In this document: piece after piece, positions 18,751 to 27,388 of the stretch
Layout of the letters: the number at the start of each line of letters is the position of its first letter
Position numbering within the stretch: position 1 is the stretch's first letter
Virus record (IMG/VR): IMGVR_UViG_3300020733_000019
Location: 1 to 57,674 of that record
Length of the DNA: 57,674 bases
Source of the DNA: a virus
Lineage: Duplodnaviria; Caudoviricetes
Reading direction: 5' to 3' (one strand)
Translations under genes and position numbers: made by a program
Notes under the pieces: generated by a model
The model's database searches: none
What the model saw: only the letters and a program-made list of their open reading frames with translations
What the model was told of the DNA's origin: nothing

Positions 18751-18757
18751 CTAAATA
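18751..18757 (+). promoter_or_regulatory. Late promoter (CTAAATA) upstream of the halogenase sub-cluster
   Basis: Same box as before gp13 and before the 52235 gene; followed by a GAGG RBS and ATG 18779. Confidence 0.6.
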
Positions 18758-18778
18758 TTGAACCAAAGAGGATCACAC

Positions 18779-20398
18779 ATGAAAAAACCCATTAAACGAA
18801 TTATTATAGCAGGGGGCGGAAGCTCAGGTTGGATGTCTGCTGCCATGTTGTCTAAACAATTTCCTGACATGGAGATAGCATTAATTGAAAGTCCGGACAT
18901 TCCTATCATCGGCGTAGGCGAATCTACTTTGGGGACAATTAATCAATATCTAGGATTGCTTGGGATCAAAGATGAGGATTGGATGGAATACTGTAATGCT
19001 ACCTATAAATTAGCAATTAAATTTACAGATTTTTACGAAAAAGGTAAAGCATTTTACTATCCGTTTGGTCTAAAGGATCTTCAAAATACACAACAGGGTG
19101 CTACAGATTGGTATGTAAAAAAGACACTATATCCCGAAACCGACAATAATGACTTTTATGAAAGTCTTTATAGTTCAATGCCTATGATTTATCAGAGTAA
19201 AATATTTGATAATAAAGAAGGGCAATTACCGGGATTCAGCTGGAGAAATGATAGTGCTTATCATATGGATGCTACATTATTTGGCGAATTCTTAAAAGAA
19301 AAAATTTGTATTCCAAATGGAGTTGTGCATATTAGTGCAACTATCGAAGGAGTATTGCAAGAAGAAGACGGTTACGTTGCAGGTCTTAAACTCAGTAACG
19401 GTGATATAGTCGATGCTGATTTATATATTGACTGCACTGGATTTAAAAGTATATTGTTAGAACAAACTATGGGAGTAGAATTTGAATCATATTCTCCGCA
19501 TCTCCCTAACAACTATGCTTGGGTAACACATATTCCTTATATACACAAAGAAAGAGAAATGGAAAATGTTACAAACTGTACTGCTATAGAAAACGGCTGG
19601 GTTTGGAATATTCCGCTTTATGATAGAATTGGTAGCGGATATGTATTTTGCGACAAATTTATTTCTAAAGAAGAAGCTCTAGAAGAATACAAAAGATATT
19701 TAAACAGTGATAAAATGGTTGTACATAATCCTGCTAGAAGTCAATTCTTAGAATTTAGGTTGATTGAAATTAAAAATGGTGTACATGATAAAGCATGGGA
19801 GAAAAATGTTGTAGGTGTAGGTCTCAGCTATGCATTTGTTGAGCCGTTAGAAAGTACAGGATTGCTAAGTGTTCAAGAAATGCTGTTAAAATTATGTGAA
19901 ACTTTGCATAATAAGCAAATAAACAAGATACATATTGATCATTTCAACTATATTACACACTATGTAATGGACAGTTTTAGAAATTTTGTAACTTATCATT
20001 ATGTATTTTCTTCAAGACGTGATACCCCATATTGGCAATATATCACTAGTCAAATTGAGATGGATCCATTGATGTTTGATCGTAAACTTAATGCAATACC
20101 TACAGCGGCTACCGATTTAGCTGTTAAATTATTGCAAACTCATCACATGCCCGGTGATCCAAGTATGGGTGGTATGCCTGATATACTAGTAGGAATGAAT
20201 GTTTTACCTACATCTAAAACACAATTAGATATTGTTCGTATGATCATGGATGCAAGACAAGGACAAAGTGTAGAATTTTATACTAGTCAAACACAGGATT
20301 ATTGGGATCAAAAGAAAGAGTATATCGAATCTTTAGTTGAAACAGCTCCGTCTCATTATCAATATCTAAAAGATAACATTTATCACGGAAGAGATTAA
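18779..20398 (+). CDS. Flavin-dependent halogenase, tryptophan-halogenase family (start revised to ATG 18779)
   Basis: GGGSSG FAD motif, IGVGEST, ATYKLAIKF (catalytic Lys position), AYH.DA, DCTGF, GWVWNIPL (WxWxIP), FVEPLESTG. Confidence 0.92.
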   Translation: MKKPIKRIIIAGGGSSGWMSAAMLSKQFPDMEIALIESPDIPIIGVGESTLGTINQYLGLLGIKDEDWMEYCNATYKLAIKFTDFYEKGKAFYYPFGLKDLQNTQQGATDWYVKKTLYPETDNNDFYESLYSSMPMIYQSKIFDNKEGQLPGFSWRNDSAYHMDATLFGEFLKEKICIPNGVVHISATIEGVLQEEDGYVAGLKLSNGDIVDADLYIDCTGFKSILLEQTMGVEFESYSPHLPNNYAWVTHIPYIHKEREMENVTNCTAIENGWVWNIPLYDRIGSGYVFCDKFISKEEALEEYKRYLNSDKMVVHNPARSQFLEFRLIEIKNGVHDKAWEKNVVGVGLSYAFVEPLESTGLLSVQEMLLKLCETLHNKQINKIHIDHFNYITHYVMDSFRNFVTYHYVFSSRRDTPYWQYITSQIEMDPLMFDRKLNAIPTAATDLAVKLLQTHHMPGDPSMGGMPDILVGMNVLPTSKTQLDIVRMIMDARQGQSVEFYTSQTQDYWDQKKEYIESLVETAPSHYQYLKDNIYHGRD

Positions 20399-20976
20399 TG
20401 ACTATGGAGTTTAAAAATGCTGATCGTAAAAAGACAGCACATAATTTGTATTGCGCTCCTATGCTTACTAAGGAGGAGTGCAATGAAATTATAAAAAACT
20501 CCAATAAATGGCTAGAAGGAACTGTTTTAAAATTTGGACAATTTATTAAAGTTAAAGAATATAGAAGTGTTCAGATTTGTAGAACTTCCGTCACAGAAGA
20601 GCTAGTAGATAAAATTTTTGTAACTGTTTTTAAAGTAAACACTGCAACATTTAGATTTCATTTAGACGGATATGACGAAAGAGATGTCCCAAATGTTTTA
20701 AAATATTCGGCAGATCGTGGGGATCATTATGTATGGCATACTGATTTAATTCCAGGTGATGCTGTTAGAAAATTATCGTTTACTATACAGTTGTCAGACC
20801 CATCCGAATATGACGGTGGTGATCTGGAATTTAGCCCTGGCACTACAGATCCAAATATAAGAAAACAAGGTATGATGACTATATTTCCGTCATATGCTAC
20901 TCATCGAGTTACTCCGGTTACTCGAGGAACAAGATATGCAATAGTAGGGTGGATTTATGGTCCCGAATTCAGGTAA
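20398..20976 (+). CDS. Fe(II)/2OG oxygenase, PKHD/prolyl-hydroxylase-like
   Basis: Y.WHTD, RKLSFTIQLSDP.EY.GGDLEF, IFPSY..HRVTPVTRGTRY.IVGW..GP. Confidence 0.92.
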   Translation: MTMEFKNADRKKTAHNLYCAPMLTKEECNEIIKNSNKWLEGTVLKFGQFIKVKEYRSVQICRTSVTEELVDKIFVTVFKVNTATFRFHLDGYDERDVPNVLKYSADRGDHYVWHTDLIPGDAVRKLSFTIQLSDPSEYDGGDLEFSPGTTDPNIRKQGMMTIFPSYATHRVTPVTRGTRYAIVGWIYGPEFR

Positions 20977-22171
20977 AAAATTTAGATTAGGTGTTATTGG
21001 AGCAGGTACTGCTGGAATAGTTAGTATCTCTCATATAATTCCTTGGCTTTCTAATAGCTGGGACGTAGTATCTATATACGATCCTAGCACTCCTATACTA
21101 GGCATAGGAGAAAGTACAAACCCTAATTTTTTATCAACTTTAGAATTTGGAACTGGCTTTAGAGAAACTGAAGACATTGAAAAATTAGAAGGCACACTTA
21201 AATTTGGAACAAAATATATAGGGTGGCGATCAGAAGATTGGATTAATCCTTTATTCGGTGCTGGACACGCATTACATTTTAATAATTTTAAATTAAAAGA
21301 GTTTGCATTTGAAAGATTTAAACAAAAATGGCCTGACAAATTTAAAGTTATTGAGGGTGCAGTTACATCTGTTACTAATGAATTTCAGTGTGTGCATGTT
21401 ATAGTTAATAATACTATTGAAAAATTTGATTACATTATAGACTGTAGAGGATTTCCTGAAGATTATTCAGATTATGAAATTAGTAATTGTTCTCCTTTAA
21501 ATCGATGTTTTGTCTATAGTACGCCATCGCACGTAACAGACCAGTTTCCATGTACCGAACATATTGCTACAAAACATGGTTGGACTTTTGGAATACCATT
21601 GTCGACTAGGCACACCTATGGATATTTGTTTAACGATACGATTAGCACTGAAGATCAAGTTATAAAGGACATGTCTGAAATGTTTTCAACAGATTTAAAA
21701 AAAGATAATCTAGTTGACTATAAGTTTAAATCATACTACAGTAAAAAAATCTTAAACAAACGTATATTAAAAAATGGAAATAGAGCATTATTTTTTGAAC
21801 CGTTGAGTGCAAGTAGTATTTTTTGTTATGTTGAAATTGCTGAGCTTTTTTTACATCATTTAAATAAAAATGAAAAATACAATGAATTTTTTGTAAATAC
21901 TGAATTTATTAAATTAGCCAAATCATTAGAAGACATGCTGTCATTTTTATATCACGGGGGCACTAATTACGATACAGAATTCTGGAGATTTGCTAAAGCA
22001 AGGGCAGTTGATCGATTAAATAACAGTAACGCATTTTCAGAAATCATTGTTGAATATAAAAAAATGTTTAAAAATGGAACACCGTTAACTGGAAAAAGTT
22101 GGTTTTTCTTACCTCACAATTTAAGAATTATCGACGAACAAATGAATTATAACTATTTTAAAGAACTATGA
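20957..22171 (+). CDS. Short, divergent tryptophan-halogenase-family flavoprotein
   Basis: GAGTAG, GIGEST, GTLKFG.K...W, ALHF, DCRGF, GWTFGIPL, GN...FFEPL. Confidence 0.82.
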   Translation: MVPNSGKKFRLGVIGAGTAGIVSISHIIPWLSNSWDVVSIYDPSTPILGIGESTNPNFLSTLEFGTGFRETEDIEKLEGTLKFGTKYIGWRSEDWINPLFGAGHALHFNNFKLKEFAFERFKQKWPDKFKVIEGAVTSVTNEFQCVHVIVNNTIEKFDYIIDCRGFPEDYSDYEISNCSPLNRCFVYSTPSHVTDQFPCTEHIATKHGWTFGIPLSTRHTYGYLFNDTISTEDQVIKDMSEMFSTDLKKDNLVDYKFKSYYSKKILNKRILKNGNRALFFEPLSASSIFCYVEIAELFLHHLNKNEKYNEFFVNTEFIKLAKSLEDMLSFLYHGGTNYDTEFWRFAKARAVDRLNNSNAFSEIIVEYKKMFKNGTPLTGKSWFFLPHNLRIIDEQMNYNYFKEL

Positions 22172-23793
22172 GAAAACCTATTGAAAAAATCGTAATAGTC
22201 GGTGGTGGTAGTGCTGGCTGGATGACAGCGGCATTGCTAACTAAGAAATTTCCAAATTTTAAATTTACATTAGTTGAAAGCCCCGATGTTCCAACTGTCG
22301 GTGTGGGCGAATCTACACTAGGTACATTAAATTTATTTTTACATTTATTAGACTTAGACGATAAAGAATGGATGGAATACTGTAACTGTACTTACAAGCT
22401 AAGTATAAAATTTACAGATTTTTATAAAGTAGGTGAAACATTTTACTATCCTTTTGGGCAAAAAGATAGAAAAACTACACTAGCCGGATTAACTGATTGG
22501 TATCACAAAAAATTATTGTACCCCGAGACTCCTTGGAATGATTTTTATGAGTGTGTATATAGCACAATGCCGTTAATCTATAACAACAAAATGTGCGACA
22601 ACATAACAACTCCTAAACTAGAAGGCTATAGTTTTAAAAATGATTCAGCATATCATATGGATGCCGCCTTATTGGCGCAATTTTTAAAAGAAAAGTATGC
22701 CATTCCTAGCGGGATGGAATATATACAACAACATGTAACTGACATTATTAAAGATGCAGACGGTTATTTAGATCACTTAGTATTAAAAAATGGTGAAACA
22801 GTAACTGGTGATTTGTTTATTGATTGTACAGGTTTTAAAAGTTTGTTGTTAGAACAAACTATGGGGGTGCCTTTTGAAAGTTTTAAAAAATGGCTTCCTA
22901 ATGACCATGCTTGGACATGCCATGTTCCGTATCACGATAAAGAACTCGAAATGGAAAATGTTACAAATTGCACAGCTTATAACAATGGTTGGGTATGGAA
23001 CATTCCATTATATCATCGTATTGGCAGCGGGTATGTTTTTAGTAGTGATTTTATTAGTATAGAAGATGCACTAGAAGAATATAAACAATATCTTAACAGT
23101 GATAAGATGACTTATCATGATTCGCACCGAGCTGATAATTTAGAATTTAGATTAGTCAAGATTAAAAACGGAACTCATAACAAGTGTTGGGAAAAGAATG
23201 TTGTAGGAGTAGGTTTAAGTTATGCGTTTATTGAACCTCTGGAAAGTACAGGCCTATTCAGTGTAACAGAAATATTAGAACTATTGTATCAGATTCTAGA
23301 CAACGAACAAATAACAAAAATGCACGAAGATTGGTTTAATCGCGAAGCTAATTTACTCATGCAGTCTTTTAAATGTTTTGTTACATACCATTATGTGTTA
23401 AGTTCTCGAAAAGATACACCTTATTGGAAACATGTTACTGAAAACATAGAAATGGATAAAAGACTAATTGATAAACAGTTGGCAGAACTACATACTATGA
23501 CAGCTGAACTAGGTAATAAATTGTTTAATGAACATGAACTTGGTGCAAATATGGGAGGTCTTCCTGATATATTTGTAGGAAATCATTTACTACCAGTTAA
23601 CAGAATGTCATTAGAAAAAATTAAATATGACGGACTATATACAATACCCGGGCAAAGTATGATTCCAGAAATTCTTAAAAAAGAAACACTTCAATACTGG
23701 GCTCAGAAAAAGATTAAAAATGAACTTGTGGCAGCTAAGTGTCCAAGTCATTATCAATATTTAAGACAAACATATCATAACGGTAAGGAATAA
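22168..23793 (+). CDS. Flavin-dependent halogenase, close paralogue of 18779-20398
   Basis: GGGSAG, VGVGEST, CTYKLSIKF, GWVWNIPL, FIEPLESTG; long identical peptide runs with halogenase 1. Confidence 0.92.
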   Translation: MRKPIEKIVIVGGGSAGWMTAALLTKKFPNFKFTLVESPDVPTVGVGESTLGTLNLFLHLLDLDDKEWMEYCNCTYKLSIKFTDFYKVGETFYYPFGQKDRKTTLAGLTDWYHKKLLYPETPWNDFYECVYSTMPLIYNNKMCDNITTPKLEGYSFKNDSAYHMDAALLAQFLKEKYAIPSGMEYIQQHVTDIIKDADGYLDHLVLKNGETVTGDLFIDCTGFKSLLLEQTMGVPFESFKKWLPNDHAWTCHVPYHDKELEMENVTNCTAYNNGWVWNIPLYHRIGSGYVFSSDFISIEDALEEYKQYLNSDKMTYHDSHRADNLEFRLVKIKNGTHNKCWEKNVVGVGLSYAFIEPLESTGLFSVTEILELLYQILDNEQITKMHEDWFNREANLLMQSFKCFVTYHYVLSSRKDTPYWKHVTENIEMDKRLIDKQLAELHTMTAELGNKLFNEHELGANMGGLPDIFVGNHLLPVNRMSLEKIKYDGLYTIPGQSMIPEILKKETLQYWAQKKIKNELVAAKCPSHYQYLRQTYHNGKE

Positions 23794-23818
23794 AAAAAGC
23801 ACCCTAGGGTGCTTTTTT
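23793..23818. terminator. Bidirectional intrinsic terminator
   Basis: Perfect 26-bp palindrome AAAAAAGCACC-CTAG-GGTGCTTTTTT between convergent stop codons. Confidence 0.92.
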
Positions 23819-23819
23819 A

Positions 23820-24458
23820 TTATGGAGTATCTGTTCCTAAACTAGGATCAGCATGATGGTAATAAGTATGGAAGGGAACATGCTCTGGTATCCATGTTGG
23901 ATCTTGAGTAGATCTTAGTACCATTTCAGCTGTCACTTTACTAGTAAGTTCCATATGTTCTTTTACTGTTTTTAATTCTACTAATTCTAGTAGCTCTAAA
24001 GGATCTAAAGGGATTGGTTTAGTCCATGTAGGGTCTGCAAGTAATTCTTTAGTTATATAATCTGCTTTCTCTTTAATTGCAATTTGAGCACGTTCGACTA
24101 CCCAATCGTGTATGTGCTGATGTGGGTTTTCATATTCCCATTCTAAAACTTTAATTTCATCGTCTGACAATTCAAATGTAAATGTTTCACATTCTTGATC
24201 AGGCAAATCTCGATCAATTGGAGTCCAGTTAGGATCTTTTGGTGGTAAATTACCTGCCATAATAATTGAAGCTTTATCTTTAGGCATGTGGGTAGCACCA
24301 CCATCTTTTAATTGCTGGACTATTGTTGGTACTAAGTTATCTTCAACTAGTCGCACACGCCACTCAACTAGATTTCTAATCCAATCGTCGGGGTTCAATG
24401 CGGTATGATGAAGTAGTTCTGCTTCTTTTAGTGTTAATCTAATGGTAAATTGTGTCAT
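23820..24458 (-). CDS. Hypothetical protein with an internally duplicated domain; candidate fibre-assembly chaperone
   Basis: Two copies of FT..L...E...L.....NP...I...V..R. Acidic and helical; last gene after the C1q genes. Confidence 0.6.
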   Translation of the reverse strand: MTQFTIRLTLKEAELLHHTALNPDDWIRNLVEWRVRLVEDNLVPTIVQQLKDGGATHMPKDKASIIMAGNLPPKDPNWTPIDRDLPDQECETFTFELSDDEIKVLEWEYENPHQHIHDWVVERAQIAIKEKADYITKELLADPTWTKPIPLDPLELLELVELKTVKEHMELTSKVTAEMVLRSTQDPTWIPEHVPFHTYYHHADPSLGTDTP

Positions 24459-24475
24459 TTTTTATCTCTCTGATG

Positions 24476-24482
24476 TATTTAT
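24476..24482 (-). promoter_or_regulatory. Late promoter ATAAATA overlapping the upstream stop codon
   Basis: Minus strand gcATAAATAcatcaGAGAG...ATG. Could be a chance match around the TAA. Confidence 0.5.
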
Positions 24483-25465
24483 GCTATTAGATAGCCGTTA
24501 AAGAATGTATGTGATGAGTGGAATCGATTGTTGTTGCTAGTCCAGTTAGGAATAATACTAGCATAGTCGCCGGCTGAAAGATACAAATCACACTCCCAGC
24601 TAACACCGTGCGGATAAGGACTTCCATTACCGTGCGACCAAATACCATGCGGACAACGTCCGCTCCATGGTGATACAGCACCGTTTTTACCTAATGTCAT
24701 ATGCATATGACCGGTAGTACTGGTCCAACTAGTATCATTATGCTGATATGATAACCATTGGAAGTTATAATGCCCTGCTACCGGAGCTGTATATCGACCG
24801 TTGCTATAATTAAATCCAGATCCGTTGCGCTGATATCCTGTCCAGCCAAATCCGGTATTAAGTTCTTGCCAGCCTGTTCCGCTACCTAGTTGATTATTAT
24901 ACAACCAACCGTTTGTTCCATGGCTTTGAAACATAGGACTACCGTTAGTCGGAAATCCTGCTTGTGAACCCATTAAAAATCTTCCGCCTGAATCAAAACG
25001 AGCACGTTCACTTCCACCTGTAGCAATACGTACAGTATTATCATTATTAAAATAAATTCCCGTATTAGTGTTTCCAGATAATGCTACAGCAGGAGTTGCC
25101 GCACTAGCTTGAGTAGTTAGCAATGTTCCTGTCATGCTACTACCGCTTTTGTTTAGCGGTGTATATCCTAAATTAGTTGTTGCGGCACCACTAGCTAATG
25201 CGCCTGCCGCAATACCAGCACTACTACTAATATCTGAGTTAGTAATTGTTCTGTATGTAACAGTATTTGCGCCACCATTACTAAGGTCTAGTGTACTGGC
25301 AAGTTGGGAGGTGCCTACGGCATTGGTAGCTAATGTAGTGGCATTGACTGCACCTGGCGCAAGATTGCCGTTAGTAATAGAACCGGATCCAAAATCTGTA
25401 CTATTTAACGTATTTGCTACAAACGAATCAGTAGCAATTTTTTTAAAACTTGAGTAGGTTGCCAT
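24479..25465 (-). CDS. Fibre/receptor-binding protein with C-terminal C1q-like domain (paralogue 3)
   Basis: MATYSSFK start, 10-residue fibre repeats, NTGIYF...IATGGSER.R.DS.G linker, P.F, GRYTAPVAG.Y.F, L.LSAGDY, F.GYLI C1q pattern. Confidence 0.78.
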   Translation of the reverse strand: MATYSSFKKIATDSFVANTLNSTDFGSGSITNGNLAPGAVNATTLATNAVGTSQLASTLDLSNGGANTVTYRTITNSDISSSAGIAAGALASGAATTNLGYTPLNKSGSSMTGTLLTTQASAATPAVALSGNTNTGIYFNNDNTVRIATGGSERARFDSGGRFLMGSQAGFPTNGSPMFQSHGTNGWLYNNQLGSGTGWQELNTGFGWTGYQRNGSGFNYSNGRYTAPVAGHYNFQWLSYQHNDTSWTSTTGHMHMTLGKNGAVSPWSGRCPHGIWSHGNGSPYPHGVSWECDLYLSAGDYASIIPNWTSNNNRFHSSHTFFNGYLIA

Positions 25466-25473
25466 TTATTCTA

Positions 25474-26430
25474 TTATCCTATTAAATATCCGCACCATAA
25501 TGAATGGTCACCGTGAATTCTTCCTGTGTTTCCGTTACCAAAATATGGTTGCGGAATAGTATAGTCACCCGAGTTTAGATAAATTTCTAAGCTGGCAAAC
25601 AACCCTGGAACATAGTTTGCACTAACTGTATGTCCGTACAATGTATGGGGAATACGCCCAGTAGTTCTGTCTGTAGCTTGTGTTCCATTATATCCAATAT
25701 TCCAGTGACAATAACCTTGACTGTTATTAGTGTCGTTATGCATAAATCCTTGAGAAAACAGACTGTACCAACCTGCTACAGGAGCAGTAAATCTACCGTT
25801 ACCCCCAACATTGCTTCCGCCTTTCTGTACAACTTGCCAGGTCCAGGGTGTAAGCTCTCGCCATGCACCGGGTCCTCCCCAAGATGGAGAATATGTCCAA
25901 CCTCCTTGTCCGCAAGCGTGAAACGCTGGTATATTTGGTTGTATGTGACTTATTGTAGAAGAACTATTTACAAAGTTACTAGCCAATGCTCCAGCAGTTG
26001 TAATACTAACTTGGCTTGATCCGGGAAAATAAACTCCTGTATTACTATTATTGCTAGCGGCTAATGAGGGAGAACTTGCTGAGCCTGCTGGCAAAATTAA
26101 ATTACCTGTTAATGAGTCGCCTGCTTTGTTTACAGTTGTATATCCAACATTTGTTGTAATTGCTCCGCTGGCCAATTGTGATCCGCTGATCGATGTCGCG
26201 GCAAAATCCGCGTTAACAAACGGGCGATAGGTCATTGTTTTACCACTAAAATCTAAAGTTGTTGCTAGTTGATTTGTACCAATACTTGCTGTAGCTATAT
26301 CCGAGGTTCTAACACTCGCTGAGGCAAATGCTGTACTGGGTACACCGCCCGGAGCAATATCCGCACTAGTAATTGCCGCGCTAAGAATAGCTTGATTGTC
26401 AATTTTCTTAAAACTTGAATATGTTGCCAT
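25474..26430 (-). CDS. Fibre/receptor-binding protein with C-terminal C1q-like domain (paralogue 2)
   Basis: Same architecture: PAFHA, GRFTAPVAGWY, IYLNSGDY, WCGYLIG. Confidence 0.78.
   Translation of the reverse strand: MATYSSFKKIDNQAILSAAITSADIAPGGVPSTAFASASVRTSDIATASIGTNQLATTLDFSGKTMTYRPFVNADFAATSISGSQLASGAITTNVGYTTVNKAGDSLTGNLILPAGSASSPSLAASNNSNTGVYFPGSSQVSITTAGALASNFVNSSSTISHIQPNIPAFHACGQGGWTYSPSWGGPGAWRELTPWTWQVVQKGGSNVGGNGRFTAPVAGWYSLFSQGFMHNDTNNSQGYCHWNIGYNGTQATDRTTGRIPHTLYGHTVSANYVPGLFASLEIYLNSGDYTIPQPYFGNGNTGRIHGDHSLWCGYLIG
25770..25797. repeat. 28-nt exact direct repeat; second copy at 26723-26750
   Basis: AACCTGCTACAGGAGCAGTAAATCTACC occurs in both C1q paralogues and encodes GRFTAPVAG. 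Confidence 0.9.
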
Positions 26431-26432
26431 GA

Positions 26433-27377
26433 TTATCCTATTAAGTGTCCGCTAAACAAATGATGCCCTGAGTGCATCCTACTAGAGTTTCCATGATAAA
26501 CACAACCTAAACTACAATAATCTCCAGCTGCCATATCAATAACAGCAGTATGAGGATATCCGTCGTCATAACTGTTTGTATTCATGTGCATGGATATGAT
26601 GTAAGGACTTCGTCCGCCTGATGTCCAGCCTCTACTGTTGTTTTTTCTAAAGAAGAAATGCATGTAGTTAGGTGGAGTATTAGCATCGTTTAACAAATAC
26701 CACCAAGTATGGAATGTGTAATAACCTGCTACAGGAGCAGTAAATCTACCCGGTGCTCCTGCAAAGTTATTGCCGCCATATTGATGACTAGCAGTCCAGT
26801 TCCATATTGATCCAACTTCCCACTCTCCTGTGCCGCCAAATTGTGGAGCATAGTACCATCCGTTTTGTCCCACAGCAGAAAACATAGGATGATTAGGACG
26901 AGTAATATAACCATTACTATCAATATTAACCGCTGTTGCACCGCCTGCCACGATGGCGACGTTGTTAGTAGTAATATTAATTCCAGAATTGCTACTACTA
27001 GAATATTGGATGCTTGGACTACTTGCAGATCCTGCCGGTACTTGTAATTGACCTGATAGTGTGTCGCCTGCACGGTTTACAGGCGTAAATCCAATATTTG
27101 AAACGGCGGCCCCTGAAGCTAATGTAGTTCCTGTAATACCTGCACTACCGGATACGTCTGCATTTATAATTGGTCTATAAGTAACTGTTTTGCCGCTTAA
27201 ATCAATAGTTGTTGCTAAATTTGCAGATGTAACAACTCCACTCATAGCTGAACTAGGTACTGCACCAGCGGCAATATTAGTTGCCGTTACAGTATTGGCA
27301 GCTATATTGCCTGTTAAAATTGTATTAGCAATAAGTCCGTCTGCTGGTATTTGTTTAAAACTTGAATAAGTTGCCAT
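26433..27377 (-). CDS. Fibre/receptor-binding protein with C-terminal C1q-like domain (paralogue 1)
   Basis: Same architecture: P..PMFSA, GRFTAPVAGYY.F, IDMAAGDY, FSGHLIG. Confidence 0.78.
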   Translation of the reverse strand: MATYSSFKQIPADGLIANTILTGNIAANTVTATNIAAGAVPSSAMSGVVTSANLATTIDLSGKTVTYRPIINADVSGSAGITGTTLASGAAVSNIGFTPVNRAGDTLSGQLQVPAGSASSPSIQYSSSSNSGINITTNNVAIVAGGATAVNIDSNGYITRPNHPMFSAVGQNGWYYAPQFGGTGEWEVGSIWNWTASHQYGGNNFAGAPGRFTAPVAGYYTFHTWWYLLNDANTPPNYMHFFFRKNNSRGWTSGGRSPYIISMHMNTNSYDDGYPHTAVIDMAAGDYCSLGCVYHGNSSRMHSGHHLFSGHLIG

Positions 27378-27388
27378 CTGTCATTACC

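Noticed and set aside
11551-20976. 2OG-dependent halogenases (SyrB2/WelO5 type) among the oxygenases
   Set aside because: These need HxA/HxG in place of the carboxylate ligand; all motifs read here are HxD, HxE or HxH.
11551-23793. Bacterial secondary-metabolite or RiPP cluster
   Set aside because: No scaffold synthase, precursor peptide, transporter or regulator; the array is continuous with phage neck genes and shares their promoter boxes.
24479-27377. Collagen-like stalks as prolyl-hydroxylase substrates, by analogy with vertebrate C1q
   Set aside because: No Gly-X-Y repeat tract precedes the C1q-like domains.
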